Assembly: GCA_044222065.1 (NCBI GenBank)
Contig: JBGAOA010000014.1
Coordinates: forward strand, 1-64,000
DNA from: Candidatus Eiseniibacteriota bacterium
Lineage (GTDB): Bacteria > Eisenbacteria > RBG-16-71-46
Direction: 5' to 3'
Length of the DNA: 64,000 nt
Position 1 is the first letter of the stretch, and each line of letters starts with the position of its first letter. Both the position numbers and the translations under genes were made by a program. The notes beneath the pieces are model-generated. The model did no database searches and was not told the origin of the DNA. It saw nothing but the letters and a program-made list of their open reading frames with translations. Shown one piece after another: positions 47,493-57,195 of the stretch.

Positions 47493-48931
47493 TCCGGAAC
47501 GTGAAGTCGGGATTGCTCGCCGCGTTCGCGGCGTTCGCGCTCGCGGGCTGCGGCGAGCGTGCGCCTTTAGATCTCGCGCTCCAGCGGGCCGGGTCGCTCG
47601 CCGTCGGCATCGCGACCACGCCCGATCCGCCCGCGACCGGGAGCAACGCGCTCACGGTCGTCGTGCGGGATGCGTCCGGGAGTCCGGTGCGCGGCGCCGC
47701 GATCGAGGCGGTCGTGTTCATGCCCGCGATGGGCGCGATGCCGTACATGGAGAGCCGCGGCACCGTTACCGAACGCGGCCCCGGCCTCTACCGCGTCCGC
47801 TACGGCCTCTCGATGCAGGGCGACTGGGACGTGACGCTGCGCGTCACGCCGCCGGGCGGCGCGCCCTCGCGGTCGGCGTGGCGGCTCAGCACGAACCGCA
47901 AGGGCGTCGCGTTCGTGAGCGCCGACGCGCCCGCGGGCGCGGGCGCGGACACGGCGACGGCGGCGTCCGACTCGGGCGTCGTCGTGCTCGACGCCTCGCG
48001 CCGCCAGGCGCTCGGCATCCGGCTCGGCACCGTCGAATCGCGCGTGCTCGCCGTGCCGATCCGCGCCTCGGGGCGGATCGCGTGGGACGAGACGCGCCGC
48101 AGCGACGTCACGCTCCAGTTCGGCGGCTTCGTGCGCGAGCTGCACGCCGACTTCGTCGGCAAGCCGGTCTCGAAGGGCGCCGTGCTGTTCACCGTGAACA
48201 GTCCCGACCTGCTCGCGGCGGAGCACGAGTACCTCGACGCGCTCACGGCGCAGGGTTCGTCGCTCGCGGTCGCCTCTCGGCGCAAGCTCGAGCGCTGGGG
48301 CATCGGCGCGGACGTGCTCGACGACCTCGCGCGCACGCACCTCGCGCGCGAGGCGCTGCCCGTCACGGCGCCGTCGTCGGGCGTGATCGTCGAGAAGAAC
48401 GTCGTGCAGGGAAGCGCGTTCCAGCCCGGCGAAGTGCTGTTCCGCATCGCCCCCCTCGATCCGGTGTGGGTCGTCGCGGCGCTGTTCCCGGCGGACCTGC
48501 CGCTCGTGCGCGTCGGACAGAGCGCGCGCCTGCGCGATCCCTACGGCGGCGGCGCCGAGCGCACGGGCCGCATCGCGTTCGTCGCGCCCTCGGTGGACGG
48601 GATGACGCGCACCGGCGAGGTGCGCATCGAGGTCTCGAATCGCGACGGCGCGCTGCGCCCCGGTGCGTTCGTGGACGTCGAGCTCGACGTGCCGCTCGGC
48701 AAGCGCGTCGCGGTGCCCGAGGGCGCGGTGCTTCCCACCGGCGAGCGCACGCTCGTGTTCGTGGACCTCGGCGGCGGACGGCTCGCGCCGCGCGACGTCG
48801 TGCTCGGCGCGCGCGCCGGCGACTGGTACGAGGTGCGCTCGGGACTCGTTCCGGGCGAGGCGGTCGTGACGTCGGGCAACTTCCTCGTCGCGGCCGAGAG
48901 CCGGCTGCGCTCGGCGACGGGCAAGTGGTGA
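47489..48931 (+). CDS. cusB: CusB-like RND periplasmic adaptor with N-terminal YtkA/FixH-like Met-rich domain
   Basis: Lipobox LAGC; MPAMGAMPYM; SPDLLAAEHEYL, APSSGVI and VVTSGNFL.AAES motifs. Confidence 0.85.
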   Translation: MIRNVKSGLLAAFAAFALAGCGERAPLDLALQRAGSLAVGIATTPDPPATGSNALTVVVRDASGSPVRGAAIEAVVFMPAMGAMPYMESRGTVTERGPGLYRVRYGLSMQGDWDVTLRVTPPGGAPSRSAWRLSTNRKGVAFVSADAPAGAGADTATAASDSGVVVLDASRRQALGIRLGTVESRVLAVPIRASGRIAWDETRRSDVTLQFGGFVRELHADFVGKPVSKGAVLFTVNSPDLLAAEHEYLDALTAQGSSLAVASRRKLERWGIGADVLDDLARTHLAREALPVTAPSSGVIVEKNVVQGSAFQPGEVLFRIAPLDPVWVVAALFPADLPLVRVGQSARLRDPYGGGAERTGRIAFVAPSVDGMTRTGEVRIEVSNRDGALRPGAFVDVELDVPLGKRVAVPEGAVLPTGERTLVFVDLGGGRLAPRDVVLGARAGDWYEVRSGLVPGEAVVTSGNFLVAAESRLRSATGKW

Positions 48932-48938
48932 GGCGGCG

Positions 48939-51900
48939 ATGATCGAACGGCTCATCGGCTGGTGCGCGACGCGGCGCGGCGTCACGCTCGCGATCGTGCT
49001 CGCGGCGCTCGGCGCGGGGTTGTTCGCGCTCACGCGCACGCCGCTCGACGCGATTCCGGATCTTTCGGACACGCAGGTGATCGTCGCGACCGAGTGGCCG
49101 GGGCGCAGTCCCGGGCTCGTCGAGGACCAGGTCACGTATCCGCTCGTCTCGACGCTGCGCGCCGCGCCCGGCGTGCGCTACGTGCGCGGCTTCTCGATGT
49201 TCGGCGATTCGTTCGTGTACGTCGTGTTCGAAGACGGCGTGGACCCCTACTGGGCGAGGAGCCGCGTCGTCGAGATCCTCGCCGGGATCCGCGACCGGCT
49301 GCCGTCCGGCGTCACGCCGCGGCTCGGGCCCGACGCGACCGGCGTCGGCTGGGTGTTCGAATACGCGCTCGTGGACTCGAGCGGCAAGAACGACCTCGCC
49401 GACCTGCGCGCGTTCCAGGACTGGACCCTGCGCTACTGGCTCCAGAGCGTGGACGGCGTCGCGGAGGTCGCGCCGATCGGCGGCTTCGTGCGCGAGTACC
49501 AGGTGGACCTCGACCCCGCGCGGCTGCAGGCCTACGGCGTGGCGATCGACGAGGTCGCGGGCGCGATCCGGCGCGCGAGCGCCGAAACCGGCGGCGGCGC
49601 GCTCGAGATCGCCGAGCACGAGTTCGTCGTGCGCGGCCGCGGCTACGTGAAGCGCGCCTCCGATCTCGAGGCGACGCCGGTGCGCGCGAGCGACGCGGGC
49701 GTTCCCGTGCGCCTCGGCGACCTCGGCCGCGTCGTGCTGGGCCCCGAGCCGCGACGCGGCATCGCCGAGCTGAACGGCGAGGGCGAGGTGGTCGGCGGCA
49801 TCGTCGTGATGCGCCACGGCGAGAACGCGCTGCGCGTGATCCGCGACGTGAAGCACCGCCTCGCCGAGGTGCGGGGCGCGCTGCCCGAAGGCGTACGCCT
49901 CGAGGTCACGTACGACCGCTCGATCCTGATCGAGCGCGCGAACGAGCACCTGCGCCGGGTGCTGATCGAGGAAATGCTGATCGTGAGCGCCGTCATCGTG
50001 CTGTTCCTGTGGCACGTGCCGAGCGCGCTCGTCCCCGTGCTGTCGCTGCCGGCCGCGGTCCTGCTCGCGTTCGTGCCGATGTTCGGCCAGAAGCTCGGCG
50101 CGAACATCATGTCGCTCGGCGGCATCGCGATCGCGATCGGTGCGATGGTGGACGCCTCGATCATCATGATCGAGAACGTGCACAAGCGGCTCGAAGCGTG
50201 GCAGCTCGCGGGCCGTCCGGGCGCTCGCGATGCGGTCGTGATCGGCGCGCTGCGCGAGGTCGGGCGCCCGGTGTTCTTCGCGCTGCTCGTCATCACGGTG
50301 TCGTTCCTGCCGATCTTCACGCTCGAGGGCGTCGAGGGCCGGCTGTTCCGGCCGCTCGCGTTCACGAAGACGTACTCGATGGCGTTCGCGGCGCTGCTGG
50401 CCGTGACGCTCACGCCCGCGCTCACGATGTGGTTCGTGCGCGGCCGGATCCGCCCCGAATCCGAGCAGCCGATCGCGCGCGCGATCCAGCGCGCGTACGT
50501 CCCGGTGCTGCGCTTCGCGGTGCGCCGACGGCGCTGGGTCGTCGCCGGCGCGGTGCTGCTCGTGCTCTCGACCGTTCCCGTGTGGCTCTCGCTCGGGCGC
50601 GAGTTCATGCCGCCGCTCAACGAGGGCACGATCCTCTTCATGCCGACGGCGCCGCCCGGCATGTCCGAGACCGAATCGGCTTCGGTGCTGCAGAACATGG
50701 ACCGCCGGATCCGCGAGGTGCCCGAGGTCGAGAGCGTGTTCGGCAAGATCGGCCGCGCGCGCACGGCGACCGATCCCGCGCCCCCGGGCATGGTCGAGAC
50801 GACGATCCAGCTCAAGCCCGAGCGCGAGTGGCGCAAAGGCGTGACGTGGGAGGGGATCGTGTCCGAACTCGACCGGCGCGTGCGATTCCCCGGCATGCCG
50901 AACCTGTGGTGGATGCCGGTGCAGACGCGCAACGAGATGCTCTCGACCGGCGTGCGGAGCCCCGTCGCCGTGAAGGTGTACGGGGACGACGTCGCCGGGA
51001 TCGAGCGCGTCGCGATCGGCGTCGAGGCCGCGCTGCGCGGCGTGCGCGGCACGCGCAGCGCCTACGCGGAGCGACTCACGGGCGGCCTGTACGTGGACGT
51101 GACGCCGCGCCGCGCCGAGGCCGCGCGCTACGGGCTCGCGGCCGGCGACGTGCTGGACGTCGTCGAGGCATCGGTCGGCGGACTGCCGGTGGCCGAGACG
51201 ATCGAAGGCCGGCGGCGCGTCGGCATACGCGTGCGCTACGCGCGCGAGCGCCGCGACGACGTCGAATCGCTCAAGCGCGTGCTCGTGCCGACGCGCTCGG
51301 GCGCGCAGGTGCCGCTCTCCGAGATCGCCGACATCGCGTTCGAGCCGGGGCCGCCGATGCTCCAGAGCGAGGACGGGCAGTTGTTCGCGCTCGTGTCGGT
51401 GGACGTGGACGGCCGCTCGCTCGGCGACTACGTGCGCGACGCGCGCCGCGTCGTGTCCGAGCGCGTGCGGCTGCCGGCGGGCGTGCGGCTCGCGTGGGCG
51501 GGCCAGTTCGAGCATCTCGAGCGCGCGGAGAAGCGGCTCGCGTTCGTCGTGCCGCTCACGCTGCTGCTCGTCGCGACGCTGCTGTGGATCAACCTGCGCT
51601 CCAAGGCCGAGACCGCGCTCGTGCTGCTCGCGGTGCCGTTCTCGCTCGTCGGCGCGGTGTGGCTCGTGTGGCTCCTGAACTACAACCTGAGCGTGGCCGT
51701 GTGGGTCGGGATGATCGCGCTCGCCGGGCTCGACGCCGAGACCGGCATCCTGATGCTGCTGTACCTCAACCTCGCGCATCGCGAGCGGGTCGAGCGCGGC
51801 GCGCTGCGCGACCGTCGCGACCTGATGGAGGCGATCGTCGAGGGCGCCGCGCACCGCATCCGCCCGAAGCACATGACCGTGCTCGCGATCCTGTTCGGTT

Positions 51901-52115
51901 TGCTGCCCATCCTGTGGGGCCACGGGACGGGCGCGGACGTGATGAAGCGCATCGCCGCGCCAATGCTCGGCGGCGTCGTCAGCTCGTTCGTGCTCGAACT
52001 GCTCGTGTACCCCGCGATCTTCGCGTGGTGGAAGGGTCGCGGCCTGCCCGAGGCCGCACCCGCCGGCGCGCATTCACCGGTCGCCCTCGCGGCGCCGAAC
52101 CCGGAGGACTCATGA
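48939..52115 (+). CDS. cusA: CusA/SilA heavy-metal RND efflux pump (Cu+/Ag+)
   Basis: DAIPDLSDTQVI, GPDATGVGW, NIMSLGGIAIAIGAMVDA; Met triad equivalents (LFMP, PGMVET, NEMLSTG) present. Confidence 0.95.
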   Translation: MIERLIGWCATRRGVTLAIVLAALGAGLFALTRTPLDAIPDLSDTQVIVATEWPGRSPGLVEDQVTYPLVSTLRAAPGVRYVRGFSMFGDSFVYVVFEDGVDPYWARSRVVEILAGIRDRLPSGVTPRLGPDATGVGWVFEYALVDSSGKNDLADLRAFQDWTLRYWLQSVDGVAEVAPIGGFVREYQVDLDPARLQAYGVAIDEVAGAIRRASAETGGGALEIAEHEFVVRGRGYVKRASDLEATPVRASDAGVPVRLGDLGRVVLGPEPRRGIAELNGEGEVVGGIVVMRHGENALRVIRDVKHRLAEVRGALPEGVRLEVTYDRSILIERANEHLRRVLIEEMLIVSAVIVLFLWHVPSALVPVLSLPAAVLLAFVPMFGQKLGANIMSLGGIAIAIGAMVDASIIMIENVHKRLEAWQLAGRPGARDAVVIGALREVGRPVFFALLVITVSFLPIFTLEGVEGRLFRPLAFTKTYSMAFAALLAVTLTPALTMWFVRGRIRPESEQPIARAIQRAYVPVLRFAVRRRRWVVAGAVLLVLSTVPVWLSLGREFMPPLNEGTILFMPTAPPGMSETESASVLQNMDRRIREVPEVESVFGKIGRARTATDPAPPGMVETTIQLKPEREWRKGVTWEGIVSELDRRVRFPGMPNLWWMPVQTRNEMLSTGVRSPVAVKVYGDDVAGIERVAIGVEAALRGVRGTRSAYAERLTGGLYVDVTPRRAEAARYGLAAGDVLDVVEASVGGLPVAETIEGRRRVGIRVRYARERRDDVESLKRVLVPTRSGAQVPLSEIADIAFEPGPPMLQSEDGQLFALVSVDVDGRSLGDYVRDARRVVSERVRLPAGVRLAWAGQFEHLERAEKRLAFVVPLTLLLVATLLWINLRSKAETALVLLAVPFSLVGAVWLVWLLNYNLSVAVWVGMIALAGLDAETGILMLLYLNLAHRERVERGALRDRRDLMEAIVEGAAHRIRPKHMTVLAILFGLLPILWGHGTGADVMKRIAAPMLGGVVSSFVLELLVYPAIFAWWKGRGLPEAAPAGAHSPVALAAPNPEDS

Positions 52116-52441
52116 AGAAGCTCCCGCTGTTGGCGCTCGCACTCGCGCTGGCCGGCTGCGCCGCGCCGTCGTCGGCCCCGAAGGAAGTCGTGCTGGAAGT
52201 GACGGACGAGGGCTTCGTACCCGCGGTCGCCGAGGTGCCGAAGGGCGGCGGCTACACGCTCGTCGTGACGCGGCGCACGGACAAGACGTGCGCGACCGAG
52301 ATCGTGATGCCGGCGCTCGGCACGACGACGAACCTGCCGCTCGGCGAGACGGTGCGCATCGCGATCCCGGCGGGCGCGCCGGACACGCTCGACTACGCGT
52401 GCGCGATGGACATGATCAAGGGCCGGCTCGTCGCGAAGTAG
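52112..52441 (+). CDS. Cupredoxin-like domain lipoprotein
   Basis: Lipobox LAGC; GFVP...CATEIV...YACAMDM.KG.L (Cupredoxin_1/CupA-like). Confidence 0.85.
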   Translation: MKKLPLLALALALAGCAAPSSAPKEVVLEVTDEGFVPAVAEVPKGGGYTLVVTRRTDKTCATEIVMPALGTTTNLPLGETVRIAIPAGAPDTLDYACAMDMIKGRLVAK

Positions 52442-52459
52442 ACGAATGCGGAAACGAAG

Positions 52460-52490
52460 CGGGGGGCGCGGGTCGAACCCGCGCCCCCCG
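52460..52490. terminator. Hairpin between convergent cus and mtrB genes
   Basis: CGGGGGGCGCGGGT-cga-ACCCGCGCCCCCCG 14-bp stem. Confidence 0.7.
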
Positions 52491-52506
52491 TACGTTGGAG
52501 GTCCTG

Positions 52507-54630
52507 CTAGAACCCGTATCGCGCCGCGATGGAGATGCGGTGCGAGTTGTACGGCTGCAGCGAGTCGCCGAAGTAGATCGCCGTGACGGAACCCGTCAGC
52601 GGGAACACCCGCGGCACGTTCACGCTGCTGAAGTCGATGACCTTGTACTCCTCGTACGCGTAGCGGAAGTCGAGCGACATCGTCTTGCTCACCTTCCACA
52701 GGCTGCGGAAGATCGCGTCCTGCCGCAACTGGTACGTGCTCGGCACGTCGACCGCCGTGTTCTTGTAGTTCGCGAGGTCGTACTCGCCGATATTGCGCGT
52801 CGCCTCGTAGCCGAACGTCAGCGTGAGCTTGTTCTTCTGCGCGACCCAGTCCACGGTTGCGAAGTAGTACCAGCTCTTGTCGGTGAGTTCGGCCGTCCAG
52901 CTCGTCGTGTCCGAGTTCACGACCATGGTCGCGCCCACGGATTCGCGCGACTTCTGGTTCGTGACGCCCTGGCCCAGCGTGTAGCCGCCGTTCACGCTCC
53001 ACGCCTCGTTCAGGACGTACGTGCCCTCGGCGGAGACGAGGTTCTGAGTGTTGTCGAGCAGGCCGAGCTGCGTGTCCGGATATTCGTCCTTCAGATACGA
53101 GTAGTCGGCCGAGCCCATGAATTTCTCGCCCACCATGAAGCCGATCGATCCGCCCGCGTCGTCACGAGTGCGGTTCGCGACGTCGTAGCGACGGAGCCCC
53201 GGCTGCTCGATGAACGCGCCCAGCTCGTTCTTGTAGTCCTCGTCGAGGAACGTGTCGAGCTCGCGCTCGCCGTGCTTGTAGCGGGCGCCGACCTCCACGC
53301 CGTCCGCCGGACGCAGGTGCGCGTTCACGCCGTAGATCAGCTCGTCGTCCTTCTCGACTTCGCGGTGCGTCCGCTCGCGGTTCTTCTGCTCCACGAGCGC
53401 CCCGATCGAGCCGATGTGGCCGAGCGAGTAGTCGAGGTCGAGTCCGGCGGCGAGTTCGGTGTGCGACTCCGGCTTCGAGGTCTGATCCGTCGCGTTGAAC
53501 GACTGGTCGTACGGCGACATGCCGACGAACGTGAGCGGATCGGTCTGGTTGTCGTAGTCGCGGTAGTTCACGCGCAGCGCGCCCTTGAGCTTCTCGCTCG
53601 CGTACGACGCGAGACGCGCGTCGGCGGTGATCACGGTCACCTTCGCGTCGAGGCTCGCGGCCGGCAGCGAGTCGTGCGCCGCGATCGCGGGATTCACGGT
53701 GAGCGGCAGGAACGTGTCGTCCTGCGAGTGCTGCGCGACGCCGGCGTTCAGCGTGAGCACGTGGTGATGCGGCAGATCCATGCCGAGCGCCACGTTCCCG
53801 CGGATGACGGTGTTGTCCGGCGGCATCGCCATCTGGCCGACGACCGAACCGGTCGCGCTGTTCGTGTAGCGCTGGGGGTTGTCCCAGCGCAGCGCCGTGA
53901 TCGCGTCGTCGAACGTGGACATCCCCGCGGTCGCCTGCAGCTTCACGCGGTTCTTGTGCCAGTCGGCGGTCGCGTCCACGTCCGTCATCGTCTGGTCGAT
54001 CGGCTGCGGCAGCTCGATCGCGCTCGAGAACCCAAAGATGCCCGCGTACGGAACGTTTCCGCTCCTCTGGATGCGGCGCGCCTTCACGTCCAGCTTCAGC
54101 GCTTCCGACGGACGGCCGCGCAGCCGCGCGGTCGAGTAGTCGGACTGGAGCGAGAGCGGAATGCGCGGCGAGTTGCGGAGCAGGTCGTTCATCGTGGCCG
54201 CGTACGACGTGCCCGCCGGGTACTCCTGGTTCACGCGCTGCAGCGAGTCCGGCAGGACGTAGACGCCGGGCGCCGCGAGCGTGTACGGCGAGACGGCGAT
54301 CTGGCTGTAGAGGTGCGGAATCCCGGTGTACCCGAGATCCAGCCGCCAGGCGCCGCGCCGCATGTTGAAGTTGTAGTTCTGGTCGTCCTGCAGCGCGTTG
54401 ACCCCGTTCAGCGACCAGCTGTACGGACCGGTCTTGTCGCGCAGCATGAACGACTCGAGGTAACCGCCCTGCGGCAGCACACGGAACTGCTGGAACAGGG
54501 CCTCCTGGCGATTCTGCGTCCACCACTGCGAGCCGAAGGTGGCTTCACCCGCGGCGAGGACGGCGTGCGCGTTCGCGGCGAGCGCGAGCGCCACGAACGT
54601 CCCGATCAGGACCTTGCGTGCGTTCGTCAT
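52507..54630 (-). CDS. mtrB: MtrB/PioB family outer-membrane porin for a decaheme cytochrome
   Basis: Signal peptide; ELPQPID, MPPDN and LRRYDVANR.RD motifs; terminal YGF; directly follows the decaheme gene. Confidence 0.87.
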   Translation of the reverse strand: MTNARKVLIGTFVALALAANAHAVLAAGEATFGSQWWTQNRQEALFQQFRVLPQGGYLESFMLRDKTGPYSWSLNGVNALQDDQNYNFNMRRGAWRLDLGYTGIPHLYSQIAVSPYTLAAPGVYVLPDSLQRVNQEYPAGTSYAATMNDLLRNSPRIPLSLQSDYSTARLRGRPSEALKLDVKARRIQRSGNVPYAGIFGFSSAIELPQPIDQTMTDVDATADWHKNRVKLQATAGMSTFDDAITALRWDNPQRYTNSATGSVVGQMAMPPDNTVIRGNVALGMDLPHHHVLTLNAGVAQHSQDDTFLPLTVNPAIAAHDSLPAASLDAKVTVITADARLASYASEKLKGALRVNYRDYDNQTDPLTFVGMSPYDQSFNATDQTSKPESHTELAAGLDLDYSLGHIGSIGALVEQKNRERTHREVEKDDELIYGVNAHLRPADGVEVGARYKHGERELDTFLDEDYKNELGAFIEQPGLRRYDVANRTRDDAGGSIGFMVGEKFMGSADYSYLKDEYPDTQLGLLDNTQNLVSAEGTYVLNEAWSVNGGYTLGQGVTNQKSRESVGATMVVNSDTTSWTAELTDKSWYYFATVDWVAQKNKLTLTFGYEATRNIGEYDLANYKNTAVDVPSTYQLRQDAIFRSLWKVSKTMSLDFRYAYEEYKVIDFSSVNVPRVFPLTGSVTAIYFGDSLQPYNSHRISIAARYGF

Positions 54631-54639
54631 GTTCGCCTC

Positions 54640-55536
54640 CTAGCGCAAGAAGTACTTGCCCGACGGATGATTCGACCCGTGGACCTGGGAGTGGCAGTTC
54701 GTGCACGAGCGGTTGAACAACCGGTTCCCGACGAGGTCCGGATTGTCGTAGAGCGTCGCGGGGTGACGCGTCGCGACGTGGCACCGCTGGCACAGGTACG
54801 GCTTCTTGCTCGCGAGCGACTTGTCGTTGTTCGACCCGTGCGCCTCGTGGCAGTTCAGGCAGTTCTCGCGAACCGGAGCGTGGTCCCAGAGCAGCGGGCC
54901 GCGCTTGTCGGCATGGCACGACGTGCACAGGCCGTTCACGGAATCGCCCTTGAGCATGCGCTCGGTCGTCGAACCGTGCGGGTTGTGACAGCTCGCGCAG
55001 TTCATGCTGCCTTCGCGCAGCGGCATGTGCGCCGAACGCGCGAGGCTGCCGCGCTTGTTCTTGTGGCACGACATGCACAGCTCGTTGACGTCGGCCTTCG
55101 CGATCAGCCCCTTCGCATTCTCGGCCGTCTTCGCGCCGTGAATGTTGTGGCAGCTGACGCAGCTCACGTCCTTGCGCGCGTGCGTGCTGTGCTCCCAGTA
55201 GAACTGGTCGCCACCGGAGTGGCACTCGGAGCAGGCTTCGGACACGGCCTCGGCCGACATGTTCTTGAAGTTGCGGATCGACGCGAAGCCGGGCGCCTTT
55301 TCGTCGCCGTCCGCCGCCACGTGCTGCGAGCCGGGACCGTGGCACGACTCGCACTCGACGGCAGCCGAGCCGTGCGGACCCTGCAGGTGCTTCGCCAGTA
55401 CGTCCTCGTGGCATTCCTTGCACGCATCGCTTCCCGCCCGGGTGGGCGCGGGCTGCGACATCGGCGTCGTCGCGAACGTCCAGACGACGGCCGATGCTGC
55501 GAGAAGGGCCAGCACGAAGACGAAGGAACGCTTCAT
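54640..55536 (-). CDS. mtrA: DmsE/MtrA family decaheme cytochrome c
   Basis: 10 CxxCH motifs; CESCHGPGS.H, KRGP..W.HAPV.ENC and CHSQVHGSNHPSG motifs; RBS GGAGG. Confidence 0.95.
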   Translation of the reverse strand: MKRSFVFVLALLAASAVVWTFATTPMSQPAPTRAGSDACKECHEDVLAKHLQGPHGSAAVECESCHGPGSQHVAADGDEKAPGFASIRNFKNMSAEAVSEACSECHSGGDQFYWEHSTHARKDVSCVSCHNIHGAKTAENAKGLIAKADVNELCMSCHKNKRGSLARSAHMPLREGSMNCASCHNPHGSTTERMLKGDSVNGLCTSCHADKRGPLLWDHAPVRENCLNCHEAHGSNNDKSLASKKPYLCQRCHVATRHPATLYDNPDLVGNRLFNRSCTNCHSQVHGSNHPSGKYFLR

Positions 55537-55845
55537 CGCCTCCTCCTTCTTCCCTGAATACCGAATCGCGGACTCGCGGAGCGCCTCGAAACGCCGCAAG
55601 TACCCGTGAACCGGCTCCGGAGGTGCGGGGACGCGACGCGTCCACGCGGCCAGCTTCCACTGCTCGCCGGAGTTTCGTGAGGGCCGGGGGGTGGTAGAGG
55701 TGAGCGACCGGCCTCACGCGTGCAACATACGCACGCGCCCTACGAAGTCAATGATCGGCTTTCCGCGCGCTCGCTTCAGCGGATTCGTGCGGGCGGGCAA
55801 TTGACCGCTCGACGGAACGGCCGCGATGCGCTATCCACGTCGTGC

Positions 55846-57195
55846 ATGGCTCCTGGGAATCGGACTGTCGGCGCGAGACCGAGCGGCAGAATTTTCCGTA
55901 CCGCGGTCTTCGTCGCCGCCCTAGTGACGTTCTTGCCGTCGCTTGCGTGCGCATCCGGCGGCGAGGCCGTCACGCTCATGCCCGTGCTCGAGGCGCTCAC
56001 CCTGATCCTGCTCGGAGCCAAGCTCGGCGGGGCGGCGTTCGAGCGGCTGCGCCTGCCCTCGGTGCTGGGCGAGTTGTGCGTCGGAGTCCTCATCGGGAAT
56101 CTCGGACTCGTCGGGTTGCACGAATTCGACCGCCTGCGTCACGACCCGACGCTCGACGTGCTGGCCCAGATCGGCGTCCTGTTCCTGCTGTTCGAGGTCG
56201 GGCTGCACTCCGACGTGCGGCAGATGCTGGCCGTCGGCGCTTCGTCGCTGCTCGTCGCCGTGCTCGGCGTGATCGCTCCGATCGTGCTCGGCTTCGCCTG
56301 CTCGCGAGCGTTCTTCCCGGGGCACGACACGCTCACCCACGCGTTCGTGGGCGCGACGCTGTGCGCGACGAGCGTCGGGATCACGGCGCGGGTGCTCAAG
56401 GACCTCGGCCGCGCCGAGAGCCTCGAGGGCCGCATCATCCTCGGCGCCGCCGTCCTCGACGACGTGCTCGGCCTGATCGTGCTCGCGGTCGTCCAGGGCG
56501 TGATCGTCGCCGCCGGGAGCGGGCGCTCGTTCGAGCCGGCCGGTGCGGCGCTGATCCTCGTGAAGGCGCTCGGTTTCCTGGTCGCGGCGGTGTTCGTGGG
56601 GCAGTGGCTCGCGCGCTACTCGTTCCGTATTGCGTCCCGGCTCGCCGTGGAGGGCGTGCTGCTCGCGTTCGCGCTCGCGTTCTGCTTCCTGCTCGCCTGG
56701 CTCGCGGGCGTCGCGGGCCTCGCGCCGATCGTCGGCGCGTTCGCCGCCGGGCTCGTGCTCGACGAGGTGCACTACCGCGAACTGCGCGAGCGCGACCGCC
56801 AGCGCCGCAGCATCCCCGAGCTGATGCAGCCGATCTCGGCGTTCCTCGTGCCGGTGTTCTTCGTGCTGATGGGCATGCGCGTGGACCTGACGACGTTCGT
56901 GCGCGGCGACATCGTGGGCTTCGCGCTCGTCCTGACGCTCGCGGCGATCGCCGGCAAGCAGCTGTGCTCGCTCGGCGTGCTCGAGCGCGGCGTGGACCGT
57001 CTCGCCGTCGGGCTCGGCATGATCCCGCGCGGCGAGGTCGGGCTGATCTTCGCCGGCATCGGCGCGACGCTCACGCTGCACGGCGAGCGCGTCGTGGACG
57101 ACGCCATCTATTCGGCCGTCGTCGTGATGGTCGCGCTCACGACGCTGCTCACGCCGCCGCTGCTCGTCTGGAAGCTCAGGGGCGCGCGACGGTGA
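55846..57195 (+). CDS. CPA2 cation:proton antiporter (NapA/KefB-like); start approximate
   Basis: LPSVLGEL..G, GVLFLLFEVGL, ATSVGIT, AAVLDDVLG and GMIPRGEVGL motifs. Confidence 0.9.
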   Translation: MAPGNRTVGARPSGRIFRTAVFVAALVTFLPSLACASGGEAVTLMPVLEALTLILLGAKLGGAAFERLRLPSVLGELCVGVLIGNLGLVGLHEFDRLRHDPTLDVLAQIGVLFLLFEVGLHSDVRQMLAVGASSLLVAVLGVIAPIVLGFACSRAFFPGHDTLTHAFVGATLCATSVGITARVLKDLGRAESLEGRIILGAAVLDDVLGLIVLAVVQGVIVAAGSGRSFEPAGAALILVKALGFLVAAVFVGQWLARYSFRIASRLAVEGVLLAFALAFCFLLAWLAGVAGLAPIVGAFAAGLVLDEVHYRELRERDRQRRSIPELMQPISAFLVPVFFVLMGMRVDLTTFVRGDIVGFALVLTLAAIAGKQLCSLGVLERGVDRLAVGLGMIPRGEVGLIFAGIGATLTLHGERVVDDAIYSAVVVMVALTTLLTPPLLVWKLRGARR

